Positions 37,982-51,084 of a stretch of 64,000 bases of DNA are shown here, one piece after another (positions within the stretch are counted from its first letter, which is position 1; each line of letters starts with the position of its first letter). Below the pieces are notes generated by a model. It was not told the DNA's origin and did not search any database. It worked only from the letters and a program-made list of their open reading frames with translations. This DNA comes from Camelus ferus (Eukaryota): assembly GCF_009834535.1 (NCBI RefSeq), contig NC_045696.1:9240001-9304000 (forward strand), read 5' to 3'. The position numbers and the translations under genes were made by a program.

Positions 37982-40900
37982 ATTATTTTGCTGCCACTGT
38001 GATCTTGGCAGTGCATCAGCAGGGCGCTGCACGTCCGTCCTCCCTATGAGCCACACGGCCACCAGACTTATGAAGTTGAGAATGACCTTCAGCATCCCTA
38101 CTTCCTGAGAGTGATGGCAGCCCTGGGGTGGGCACGGCGGAGGTGATTTCAGTGTGGTCTTCATTCAAGTTTGGTTTCCCCAGGTAAACTCTCACAGGAG
38201 AACACGTAACTGCTGCTCCACTAGGTCAGATGGGAGTAGAAAACGGTCCCAGTTGAAAGGGGCCTTAAACGTCATTCTCGAGGCCCTTTATTTCACTCAT
38301 GAGACACCGGAGGCCCAGGGAGCATCTGTGATTAGCCCACTTGGATGACCTGAACTCCAAGTCCTGGGACTCCTGGTCCAGTGCCCGTCCCATTGGCCTG
38401 CGGTGCCTCTGCCTCGGAGGGTGTGGCCACAGCACGTAGCCTCTGCTGTCAGTACCGAATGCGCATTAGGGCTGCGATCCCGCTCCGCTTCCACTGTCTT
38501 TCTCGATGGATCCCCACGGCTGGGTTCTGCGTCACCTGATTCTTTGTGCCTCCATCTTTTTTATGTAGAATTGCATACTGAAGGAGTAGGGCTTCTTTTT
38601 AAAGACAAGGATGGGATAGAATGCCCATCTAAAGCCTGCCCTCTGTCCCCCTCAGCCCACCAGGTGTCCCCAGCCCTGCTCCGGGGACAGGGGACGGCTG
38701 CAGGGAGGTTGACAGGACACTCCCTGACCACAGGGCCCACGCAGGCAGCAACCAGGGGTGACCCCTGACCTGTCCCCTTACTTGTATGAATCAGACGCAT
38801 TCAGAGAATGTGAATGGTCAGCCTCTTTGGCATTTTCAAGGAACCATCTACAAAAGGATTTCTTTGAACCGCATTTCACCTTCCTGTGTGATTTTAAGTA
38901 AATAGCTCCCTGTGCCGATTCCGCCCACAAGCCCGGGCCTTGGAAGCCGGCTTGCGGCCTGGGCTGTGGGACCAGAAGCAGGCCAGCAAACGTGTGGAGT
39001 GTGACAGACTGGGGCTGGAGCCGCAGCTGTGGGGACGTGGTGGGCATCTCTGGCAGGCCAGGCCTGGGTGGGCGAGGGGCTCCTGCTGAGTGACAGCTCC
39101 CCCGTCCCGGGTCTCCACTGCCACATCCATGCCATTCACCCCCGGGCGGCGCACAGTAGTGAGAGCAAGCGTGCCAGGCCAGACGTGTTGGCGAGTTCAG
39201 GGTCAAGGGCACGAATGGCCAGGCCAGAGCCACCCCAGGACTGTCACAGGACTCCCAGGAGCAGAGACAAAATGCCCTTCTCTTGGAGGCACTGCACTGA
39301 TGGGTGGCTTCTGGCCTCCCTTCCTTGGCTGAGACTCTCTGACTCAGTAGTCACCTCGCCTAAATGCACCGTAATTCACAGTCTCCTGGAGAAACTAACG
39401 AATAGGGCAGAGCTGTCATCTCCGTCCTCGCCACCCATAGCGCATGGCTCTCGGTATGTCCTAACCACCCTTCCAGGGGCTGGAGGGCCAGGCTTTGAGG
39501 ATCAGACGTTCCTAAGGAACAGGTGGTGGGGTGGGCAGTGAAGGGGAAGGCTGTGAGGTGGCCTTTTCTTGCTCTAAGAAACAGATCCATACAGAAACAT
39601 AGCATTCAGTGGGACTGCAAATTTTCTCCCAAGAGTGTTGATTTCCTGACTTAGGCAGTTTTTACAGTGACTTTGAACTTCTGATCACTGGAGGTGGGTC
39701 AATCATAGATAGCTAGACCAGAATGAGATGACCACCCCCTGGAAGCCCAGAGAGGTTCAGTGACTTGTTGAAGGTCACACAGACAGCACCCGTCCTGGAG
39801 CGCTCAGCTTCCCTTGAACACACTCCTAGCATGTGGCAGAGCAGAGCGAAGCTGCCCGAGCAGTCCCTTCAAAAGAGCACTTATGAGGAAAAGGGGCCGT
39901 TGGAACAAGATAGGGCAAACACCCGTGTGCCTCTGCGCGCTGCTCCACCCAGTTTCTCATCTTTATATTACCAAAAAAAAGAAGTCTCAAGTAACCCAAA
40001 CAGGCAGGGTCTGATCTGCAGACAGTCTGCAGGCATCCGCCCAAGAAACTGCCGGTCGGCTGGTCCATCCTCCTCTGATTTATGTTGTGTGTGTTAAGCC
40101 TTAAATTGCTGAAACCCTGGCTGGCTGCAGTGGTATTACTGGAGGGTTGGTGCATGCTTTCGGCTCACAGAGCTGGCTCCAGGACTGGAGGTGCTGGCCT
40201 GGAATCAAGTCCAATCTCACACCTGTCTGAGACAATGAGGGCCTTGTTAGACACATCCCAGTCCAGGCGGCGCAGGCTGCTTAGTTTTCACATTCAGAAC
40301 TGGGAGTGGGGGGGCCTGGGGGCCGGGAGAAGCCAAGGCGAGTCTGGGACATGCTGGGGTCACCGCCTCCCTTGCCCTCTTCTTCCCCCCTCTTCACCCC
40401 CTCCCCCATTTTAAAAACCTCTCCTTATTTTGGGGAATCAAAAAAACAAATAAACAATACCAACAGTAGCCTTCTTATGAAGGGGAATTTACTTCTGCAA
40501 AACAGGGAGCTTGAGGCCTGTTGGAGACTAAATTCAGTCATCACCAGGCTGAGCCAGGCGGTGGAGAAGCAGGGCGCAGAGGTATGGGTGTAGCCCCCAC
40601 CACCAGGGCTGACGCTTGAGCTCTTTCCACACCAATGGGGTTTTCTCTTCCTGGTTTTTCCTTCCTTTCGCAGGTCAGTGACTGCAGCAGAAAGCAGAAG
40701 GGAACGGTCCTTAGCTCTGTATTCTCCACTGACAAGCTCGCTAACTTCCTGTCCCAGTTCAGCTCTCCTGTCCCTTGTCATCAACAGAGAGGACAGGGCT
40801 GGCCACTGGCACACAGGCCTGCAGAGACCCTGACTCCAGGCAGACACTGGGCAGGACCTCTTCTGGGTCCAGGTTGGTCCTCATTGAGGCCAAGGGTTCT

Positions 40901-43900
40901 GAATGCTCATTATTCAGTCAAAGCCATCCTGAAATGACTTTCTTCTTATAGGGGCACACGATGTGGTGATCCATAGGATAGTTCAAAAAGGGGTTTCCCA
41001 GAGTCATAAAAACCACCCCTTTCTACAAGACTTCCTAGCGGGGAGCCCACATAGGAGCACCTGGTGATCAGGTGCCAGTGAAGCTGTCACATCTTGGGGG
41101 CTCAGGTAGCCCAACCCCTCCCAGCCCCCTTCTCAACAAGCAAGGCTCTTAGCTGAGCTGGGAGGCGTCTGGGCACCAGCGGTCACTCCGTTCTGCTTGT
41201 TCTCCGACAAGAAAGGGGCAGCCCGCATTCTTCTCACCTACAAACAACTACGTAAGCCACAGTGTTTTCTTAGTGTAAATCCCTTTTAACTCAGCCTCCC
41301 TGGTATCTCTATGTAAATATCAGCCAACACCCCCAGCAGGACAAAAGCACAACTTTTTGGAGGCAGCAGTGAGGTGTATAAACAGCAACGAGTGGTAGAA
41401 AACCTGGGGACTTCTGGCTCCCCTCCAACCTCGGTTTGATTCCCTTCTCTGTGACCTTCAGTGTGACTTTGACAACACACGTGAAGACCCTGTTCAGTGG
41501 GAGGTGGCATCGCTACTGAGAGTCTCGCCTTCAGGGAGGCCAGGATGGCGTTGCCAGGCTCTTCACCCCATCCCTGCATCTCCTCCTTAAGCCCATTCTG
41601 TCTAAACATGTCCCCTGTGGAGGAACGTGGCCAAAGATGCTGCCACATCTGATGGCCACAGAGGGCCTGGTCCAGAAACAAAAGATGCCTGCCCCACTGA
41701 TCTCATAGCTCCTCCTCTACCCGAGGCCCTGCCTCTCTCTGGGCTGTGAGACGCTCCATTCCTCCCTGAGCCCAACTGTGCTCTGAAATGACCAGAAGGC
41801 AAGCAGACAAGCTCAAGGGAGGCTGGAGCACCAGGGCTGGGAGCTGCCGTCTTACCTGCCGACTCTCCTGGCCTCCAAACACCTGTGGCCAGCCCTGCCC
41901 ATGCTGGTGGCTCACCCAGAAAGCCCCTACCCCTCACCCCCAACTTCCCCGGCCCTGCCTCATCTCCTTCAGGACATCTTCATCCCCAGCGAGAACCAAA
42001 CTGACCCGCTTCTCTCCTCCGGACCCACCTGTCAGGATCTCTCACTTTGCCTTCTCCCCTCCCCATCCGCTACCTTCCATTGTTACCAGAGGGGATGCAA
42101 GTTCGCTGCTTCTCCCACCGTCATGGGCTCCTGGGATCGAAGCCATGAGATTTCCCTCTGTGCTTGGAGATCATCAAAACTTTGAAACCCACCTGTGAGA
42201 TGGTTCTCTGACAGTCAACATGGAACCCCCACCCACCTGCCCCTTTCCTCCCCGTGTGGAATCCTGGTGCTGAGAATGACAAGTTCTAGAAGTTCCAGGC
42301 GGGCAGGAACTCTCTGTCTCACATCTCCAGACCCCACGACCCTGGCCCAGATCTTCAGGGTTAGGGGTCACTGGGAGTCATTGAAGAAGCATTTTCCCTG
42401 CTTTCAGGATTTGTAGGTTTTCATCCCAAGTTTAAAATTTCCTGCCCCAAATGACTTCCTTCCTCCCAAAGCACCAACTCGGTGCTTTAGCTTCTCGCTT
42501 TCTCTGCTTCCCAAGCCCAGCCAGGAACCTTGGGGACGGAGCCCAACTGGGCCTGCCCAGGTGAGAACACATCTACCCCTCCCCAGGCCCTTTCCCTCCC
42601 CTTTTGTGACAAAGAGGAAAATGAGAAGCCCCTACGATTCTTGATTTTCTGACCTCATTACCTTCTACAGCCTCTGTGAAAAGCCAGCGACCCCTTCCCC
42701 TTTGCTGTCCCTCTCCCCAGGCCAGACTTTCTTGCGTCTTCCTTCCCATCAGCCTGGCTTCTCAGACAGCTCACCTGAGGCTGTCATTCAAATACCTGAA
42801 CCCAGGTTTACACGTATACTTATAGATTTAAACCCCAAAGACCATGTTGTTCGTCCACTACTTCTTTGTGACACCACTCGCCCCACCCGCTCCTCCGTAT
42901 CTGCGTTCTGCCCTTCCTGCAGTGCCCAGGTGTCCCTGGATTGCCTCCTTCCCCCAAGCCTGCCTCTGGGTTCCAGCACTTCTCAAATCCATCCTTTCAG
43001 TTTCATTCTTTCTCCTGCCAGCCCTATCTGCCTCCCCAGCCCTAGTCACAGTCTTTTGCCCAGACTGACCCACTGACCGGCCTCAGGTCCCCCAAACGCT
43101 GAAACATTTCACCACTGCCGTGACAGCGTCACCACGTGCCTGATAGGACTATGGAAGCCAAGGTAACCCCCTTTCCCCTTCTTGTCGTCCAGTTTGCGTC
43201 TTCAGCTGCTGGATGAAGGACCGCCCTGCCCTATCTGTGTGGGCCCCGCTGGTCTCTGTCTGAAAGAAAGAACGCTACACGGACCACCAGAGGGAGGGCC
43301 CTTGGCCGCCCCTCCTATCAGCCCTCCCCCTCACATTCTTCACCTTCTCTCCCTCGGTCCCCCGGCCCAATCAAGGGGAAAGTGCTTCAGACGTGTTGTT
43401 GAGGCTGGTTTGCTTTTTTTTTAAAAGATGACAGGAAGTTCCTGTTTATTGGAAAGCTTGTTTGTTTCCAAGACGGTCCGGAGCCAAGCTGCTAGCTGTA
43501 GGACGGCTTCTCGCTGCCTTTTCTCGGGGTGGTGCACAATACAAGAAAATAAACCAATGAGAGCGAGTCAGTGAGCACAAAGGGAGATGTTATAATAGGC
43601 TTTTGTTGGTACTTGCATTTTCTCGTTGGAAAACAGCAAAGACCCTGAGGTGCCGAGGTGCGGACAGAAGCCTGATGTTATCAGGCCCCTAGAAATCCTG
43701 CCTGGAGTCCGGTGGCAGGCGGGATCCAGAACTCAAAAAGACAGAGGCAACTGGTCTAGCTCAGTACAAACGGTGCTTTTAGTCTGTCGTAAACAGCCTG
43801 TGCCCCAGGGCTCAAATCCTTCAAAAGTTTGCCTAGGTAATTGCGTTTCACTGCCGTCTGGCATGTGCTCGTCTGTCTAATCTGGAGGTTCAGACAGCCA

Positions 43901-45148
43901 GGCCAAAGCTTGCGAGACTGCAGGGGAACGAGCCCATGAATTTAATCCACTTGAAAGACAGACTAATACAAGTGCAGCTAACTCATTATTTTAAGTGATG
44001 TGAGCAGGAGAGGGAATGGCGCTTTCCATAAAAGGGTTTAAAATCAGCACGTTGGTGGCAGCCACTTGGCAGTTCGAGGTTCTGAGAAGAGAAGGCAGAG
44101 CTAGGGGACAGTGTGATCCTTGCTGCCTCCTCTTTTCTGGAAGCCTGCCTCCCACGAGCACCCCCGAAACACAGCCAGAGAGCGGGGAGCGGGGAATGGT
44201 ACCCTCGCTCCCTAATTTTGATTCGTGTTATTCATGAATTCACAGCAACAGTTACCAATTTTTACTTGTCATCTGGGGTTGCTGGGGCTCAGTTTCAGGA
44301 TGGAAAAGAGACGTAAGTGAAGTGAGGACCTCCCCGCCGGCCCCACAAAGCTCAGAATCCCAGAGCTGTGACAGGAACAGGTGCCCCTCCCCAGCATCCA
44401 AAGGGCACTGTGCGTGGAGATTACTTTTTTTTTAATTTTTGGAAGCTGAGACCAGTTTCTTCGTTTTGTCAGTATATGGTAACTGGGTTGGGGGAGGGGA
44501 GTAAATGATGTCAATCAGCATATAGTAAAGACAGCATTCTACAGACAACCAGAAGGCCTGTCTCTGCCCTGTCACTGACCTGCCGTGGGCAACAGAGGGG
44601 CTCTCTCCGAGGTGGGGCTGGTGCAGAGAGGCTCCGAGGTTGCTTTCTGCTCCATCGTGCCATGGGATATTGGAATGAAACCTTAGAAATGTTGACAGCG
44701 ATTTGCATTATTATCTAGTTACAAGTGACTCATGGCCGGGTAGCTTGGGAGACAAGCGCTAGCCTGTCCCTTCCCAGGTGGCAAAGCTGACGGTCAGCTC
44801 AGGAGTGATCTTGTTGGCCGTTTACAACTGCGGCTCACCCAGGGCTTGGTACGCCAGCTCCAAGTCTGGGTGCCAGGCCATGAGACCGTGAGACCGCAGC
44901 CGTCCCCAGCCCTGGCGTGGGGACAGCGTTCTGACGGCAGACGGATGGCCTCCAGCCACCCCTGGGTTCCCAGAAAGGCTCCAGAAGGTGCCCACCACAG
45001 CCCATCTCCTCACACTGCTGTTTCATGTACTTGGCCCAGGGGACAGTGCCACGTTAAATTTCTCTGAGTCTGGGAGCACCTCTGGAAGTCACATCATCTG
45101 GCTTTGTCATCCTGATTTGAAATCGTGGTGGTGCAGGCCTACCCTGGG

Positions 45149-45346
45149 CTGGGTTTCCTAAGGCACCACTGGCATTTGGGGGCCATCCTGTGCACTGTGG
45201 GACGTTTAACAGCACCCCTGGCCTCCACCCACAAGATGCCAATAGTGCCCCCTCACCCCGTAGGGTAGGAGGGGTGACAGCCACCACGTCTCCAGGTGTT
45301 GCCCAGTGTCCCCTGGAGGAGACTCTGCCCCTGTAGAGACCCACCT
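45149..45346 (-). mobile_element. MER20 hAT-Charlie DNA transposon
   Basis: tcctgtgcactgtgggacgtttaacagcacccctggcctccacccacaagatgccaatagtgcccc is antisense to the MER20 core. Confidence 0.8.
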
Positions 45347-48300
45347 GGGAAATTCACAAGGGTTCAGTCAGTCCACACAGGATGTCGCCTTCTGCATGAT
45401 GGCACCTGCTTGGGCCTCTCTCCCCAGCAGTAACTCACTGCCGACCCCTGACTTCTGGAGCCCTCGAGGGTCCCTGTTCGCCAAGGGTCATCCTTTTGTT
45501 GAGCAAGAGTTTCGAGTTGTCTGCTCCCTCAAACTTGGCTTTTAATTTTTTTTTTAAATCTTCATTTTAGTCCAAGTCACTAAAAACCATCGCTTCTCTG
45601 CTAAAGCCTTCCTTGACCTTGTAAATCAAAGCGGTTCTCTGGAGGGAGGTTTCCCACTGCTGGGCTCACAGTATCGTCTTTCTCAGGGTGACCTCATCTG
45701 TTAAAAGTATGAAGGTTGTATTTGAAATGCCATTTACTTTCTCTAAGTCAATAAATGAAGCTGTGGATCTTTAGATCATCAGAGGTCTGCTTATTACCAA
45801 GAGTTTGTGTGTGTGTGCACACGTCAGTTTTTAAATCGAGATCTGTGTTGGAGTTGAAAAGAATTCCGGCAGATTCCCATTTGCCTTTCTGCATCAGAGT
45901 TTGGGGTGATATTCCTCTGCGAGTGGAGATTGCCCCTAGATGAATCTGACTTTATTAGTCTGTGTCCTTTGTTCCGAGCACCAGGGATGAGCTTATGAAA
46001 GTGCACGCGGCCCTTATCTTCAAAGGCCTCCTTGATGCAGCAAAGCTCCACCTCAGCAACCTGCTATTAATCCAGCGCAGCCCCAATTAGTTCACGTCAA
46101 GGTCAGTTCTTTGGGGTGAGCTGCAGACTTGGGTGAGCAAATTCCTCTTTCGAGGACCTCACGGGGAGGCGGGGGAGACCGCAGGAGAAGCAGGCGGCAA
46201 AGAGGGAGCTGTCTGCTTCCACAGAAGAAACTGACAGCCATCCCCCCAGCTCTCAGGCCAGAGACACCTGCTTATTCTAGCACGGGAACCTGCCACCGAG
46301 GGACAGGCAGTTTGACCTCTCCCCCTTCTCTGCCACTTGGATGGCTAATATCCGAGTAGTTAGCAATTTTCAAAAAACAAAGAGAAGCATAAGGGAGCCA
46401 TTTCTTGGGGGCTCTTTACGTATGGAGGAGCCTTGCATTTAAGTTGTATAGTAAACACTACTCCTTCAAACTTTTGGGTTCACAAGTGGAGCAGAGATGG
46501 TGGATCTGTGGGGCGTCCTGTTTTAGGCATGAAGCACGATGTTGAGCTCAAGGCTACCAGTCCTGCTGTCCCCGAGGCCACCAATAGAAAAGATGGTGAA
46601 CCCGTGAATCGCACTGTCTTCTGTCTCCGGCATAGGGGGTAAGGCCCCTCCTGATGTGAAGAGAACAGGCTGCCCTGATCTGTCATTATTTGGAGAATAG
46701 CAGAGTGGGAGAGGAGGGTCAGGGGCCAGCTGGGACAGCAGTGCTCTTTAAGAGGGAGACATTCACTGTTTTGTGCATCCAGAGAGGTCCCCAGAGCTTC
46801 GTGGATATTCAGAGTGTTGGAGGCAAAGGGACGCCCAGGAACCGTACAATGCTGGCTGCTCCCACACAGCAGGTGCTGGGTTTTCCTGCTTCGGTTGAAA
46901 GGATGCTAGAGGGATGCAGATGGGTGATCCCTCAAGGGGACTGTCCGCCTGGTCCTGCTGCTGGGGATTCCAGGAGCCTGGCCTGATGTGTGGGAAAGGA
47001 AAGTGAGTGTGGGGGGCAGGAAAGGAAAGCTGGGACGGGGCAGCGGGGACAGGTGGGGAGCACAGGAAAATGCTAAGGCAGCCGCTGCCTTGGCCAGCGA
47101 GCACGTGTGGAGAGGCGCCCCAGCTACTCCACTTCCCTGGTCAGGGTGTTCTTTAAGCCGGGAGCGTAGAACGGAAGCTCTTAAAGAAAGAGCACTTGCC
47201 GTTGAGCCTGCGTCCCAGCTCCGAACGTGAAGGACCATGTGTCCCCAGTCTGCAGCACTCAGCTGTCGGATTTCTGTGCTGTGTCCGGTGGGTGCCTTCT
47301 GCGGTGTGGCCGCAGCGCTCCCTCTGAGGGAGGCTGGTGCTCAGTGGGAGGAAGGGCTTATATTTCATTTTCGAGGTCTGTGAATAGTGCGGCTGTAATG
47401 ATGCCACACTGGTGGTGAAACATGTTCTCCCCAGTGAGGGGCTGCGGCATCTTGCACCTCAGACCTCTGGCTGGCCAAGGAAGGTCTCGTGTCTGGTCCT
47501 GAAGCCTCAGCGGGGCTGCGCCTCTCCTTCCCCCTCACGTGGAGTGCTGTCGGGCCGGGGTGGCACCCAGCGGGTCCTCTCTGGACCCAGGATCTTTGTC
47601 TGAAGGGACGGGGAGAGAAGACTTGCCTCCTGGGAGCCAGGTACTGCACTAGTGAAGATGGGGTCAGGATCCCATTTCATCCTCCCCATAACCCCCCGCC
47701 CCCAACCTCAGAGGTGCGGAAACTCAGTGCCCGAGGGGTTAAGTCGCTTCCCTCAGCGCACATGAGTGAGGGGCGAGCCGGGGACTCAGTCCTAATCTCT
47801 CAGACTCTCCAACCTGGCTGGGCCCTTGTCCAAGCCCTTTCTCCCCAAGGGACAGTTCAGGGACAAGGTTCCCAAAGTCTGGAAATGTTTGGAGCCAACA
47901 CAAACCAAAGGGTAGTCAGGCGTCTTCCTCTTCCAGCACTCCCTAGACCGTCCTGTATTACACTGTCTTTTCCCCACGGATATGAGTTCTTCTTCTGGTT
48001 TTATTAGAACGCCATGCTTCAGAGTTTGCTACTTAAAATGAGAGTGTCTGGCATAAAATCCAGTAAGGATGCGTTAGGGCCCAGGTCACAGGGGAGCACA
48101 AGACACAGAGGCTGCCTGGGCGGGCTGCAAGCCGCTCTATACTCCTGTGTGGAGCCTAGAGCCTGGAGCAAGGAAGTATGGTCAAATGGAGATGCAATAT
48201 GACTTTAAAACAAGTTTAAAAAATCTCAAAATAATAATAATCATCATAAAATAGTTTGTCCAATGGTTCTAACTTTTTATAAAACCACAGAAGTGCTGAA

Positions 48301-51084
48301 GTAAAAAGCTTAGCACAGAGCTGGATGGGGTGACCTCTGAGGAAGCCAGGCTGCACAATGGCGCCGCAGGCACCTGCTGCGGACCAGATCCCCTTCTGAG
48401 CCGTCCTTAAGCGTGTTCTCCAATTCTGAAAGCTCAAGGGCAGGGTCGGTATCTTATGGCCCCCGAGGTCCCAATGACACCATCATTTTTCTCTTGCCTG
48501 CTGCCACCCTGAGGCGTTTCAAGGACCCTGGCAAAGCCTTGGCCACGTTACTTAACATGATCTGCCTGGGGATGGCTGTGACTATCTACTCAGTCAGAGG
48601 GGTGGCTGCTGCCTCTCTGGGAAGTATGGCTGGGTTCCCCGCATCAGCACATGGCCTTCCATGGCCAGTCTGGCCCTCGGCGTGGCTCCAACAGGCTCAC
48701 GCCCTGGGCCACAGAAAAAAGGTGCTCAAACTCCGCAGTCCTCTCTATAGCACATCCTGCCCTGGGTGGAATGTCCCTTCATAAAATCCCGCTGCTTCAG
48801 CCATAGGCGGGCCTGGGGGATGCTGTGCCTCCCCTGCTTACAGTCCTGCTGTGAGGTGGCAGTAATTTGGCTCATGTGAGTGTCTTTATTTCCATGTCGG
48901 GGGCTCAGTCCCAAGCTGGAAGCTGCCTGAGATTTCCCAGCCCTCGACAGGGTGTCTCTGGCTCATCCCTTTCAAGAACTAGCAGAGGGCAAGGGTGCTG
49001 GAGAGTGAGTAGCTGGCAGAGAGCCACCTTTACCCTTCATGTTTTCAGATTTTTGTTGGAGGAGACAGAAATGGAGGCATGGGCAGAAATAAGCAGGAAG
49101 GTCATGGAATAACTTGAACATGCCGCATGATGGCCTGGCCTTACAGGAATTTATCCAGCCTGTCCGTAGAGTCAGTTCAGGCCTGGAAAATGTGTACGGA
49201 GGGCAGAGGTTCAGAAAGTGTGGGTGCAGAAAGTCTTTACGGGTAAGATGTCTGCAACCGATTAACAAAGTCCATGGAAAGAACCTGTCTGCAACAGGGG
49301 ACAGATCAGAGACCGGGGTGCTTTCCTTTCCCTTGGAGCCACGATCCGTCCATCCCGTATAAACTGAAAGTCACCCTCCCTCCGACTCGGGGGGAGGCAG
49401 TGCTGGCAGAGAATCAGAGGTGTTATCAACCCCCCCCCCCACCGTCTTTTCTAGAAGCCAGTAACTTATCCCCAGACCCTGCCTTAGAGACAACCGTGCC
49501 TGAGTCCAGAGCCTTTTTCCAGACGCAGCTCAGACTGATCTGGCTGAGGGGAGAGGCCTCGTGGCCAGGGTTGGCCAGTTTCCCCTGGGAACTGTCTGGC
49601 AGCTCTAATGAGGAATGGCTCTTTGCATTTATAGAGCGCCTTTCATCTGTGGCTCTCAAAGCTGCTCCACAAACATTAATTAACTCTCACACCTGTGAGG
49701 CAGGTGAGTCTGGTTACCCCCATTTTTAGAGATGAGGGAACAGAGGTTTGAGAGGGAGAGGGCTGTGGTGAGCCACCAGGGTCGGGGGCGGCTCTGAGGT
49801 TAGGAACCAGCATTCCAGGTCCCCAGTGCCCCAACCGCAAAGGCAGGAAGCCTCCGCACGCCAGGCCCAGGGTACGGGTCCCCCAGGTGAGTGGTAGGGA
49901 CATGGCCATACAGCTAGCTCCCTTCTGCCCTCCTGCAGGCATCCTGCCACCAGCAAGGCCCACCAGTCAGCTCTGAGGCTGGGATCCCTCAAAACCCCAA
50001 TGGCCTTTAAAACATACAGTCCCCAGGCAGGTCTCTGCCCCTGCGTGGGGCCGGGTGCTTCCCTTCAAAGTAACTGCTGGGACAGAGAATGCATCTTAGC
50101 TGTACCTGACTAACCAAGATGTCTGCAGCCAGTGGAGACAAATGGTTGGCAACTACTGGAGCTCTTTCCCAACTTCTCTTTTTCCAGGAGCCGGAACGGG
50201 TGGGAACTGACTCGCGTTATTGGGGGATTTCACTAAGAGCAACACCAGCCTAACCCGGTGTCTGCTGTGCCGTTGCACTTGGACTGCACAGGCCGGAGGG
50301 AACGGCACTTCAGGACAGTGGCGCTTTCAGGGAGATGCCCCTTTCCTAGCAGAGAATTACCCGGGCCCCGGGGCCATGAAAGCTGCTGTCACAAGGTTCT
50401 GAAGTTGGCAGCAAAGCATCTGGGGGCACCCCTTTTGTTTACAGGGGAGCCCAGATCATGTTCTCTGGGGTCCCAGACAGGGAGATGCAGCCACCACTGG
50501 GGCTCGCCCTGACACATCGCCCTGGAGACTGACTCACATCTCTGAGTCCTGAGTCACATCCTGTTGTGTGTTCTGAGGCATCCAAGAGGGCATTACACCA
50601 GCTGCCCATGACTGAGGTGAACTTGGAGGGCACCCTGGGAACTGCCCTGCTGTCTTCCAAGCTGAAAGGGGGGGTGGAAATCCTCTAGGGAAAAAACCAG
50701 AGCGGCTCCGACGGTTTATATGTTCACCACATAGGTTTGGCTCTTTTCAAAATAGACCCTGGGGCCCCACAGCATACAGAACTGTCTGGTCTTTGTTTTT
50801 AAATGGCTCTGGAAGGTGAATGAAAGGCCAGCTCTTTAAAGGTGTCAGCCAAACAGCCGAAGAAAGGGCATTCTAACTCTAACAAGCAGTGACGGAGCCA
50901 CGGCAACCTTCTCCTGGCCCTGGGGGAGGGAAGGTGTCCCCGCACGTGTGTGCTGCTGGGGACCCAGGTTCTAAGGGTGGGGGTTAAACAGCCCAGAGAG
51001 GTACATGCTCCGAGGAGACTCAGGAGGCATCTCTGGCCATCCTCTCCCACAGCCTGGCAGGAACATGAGGACAAAGTCGGGTGT

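Noticed and set aside
39775..39810. agacagcacccgtcctggag as the RUNX1a exon 7A orthologue
   Set aside because: Short superficial match next to a MIR-like fragment. The long collinear match with a poly(A) signal is at 37455-37981.
38400..50700. Many overlapping 60-170 aa ORFs in the GC-rich intron segment
   Set aside because: No recognisable domains, many non-ATG starts, present in all frames; expected from low stop-codon density.
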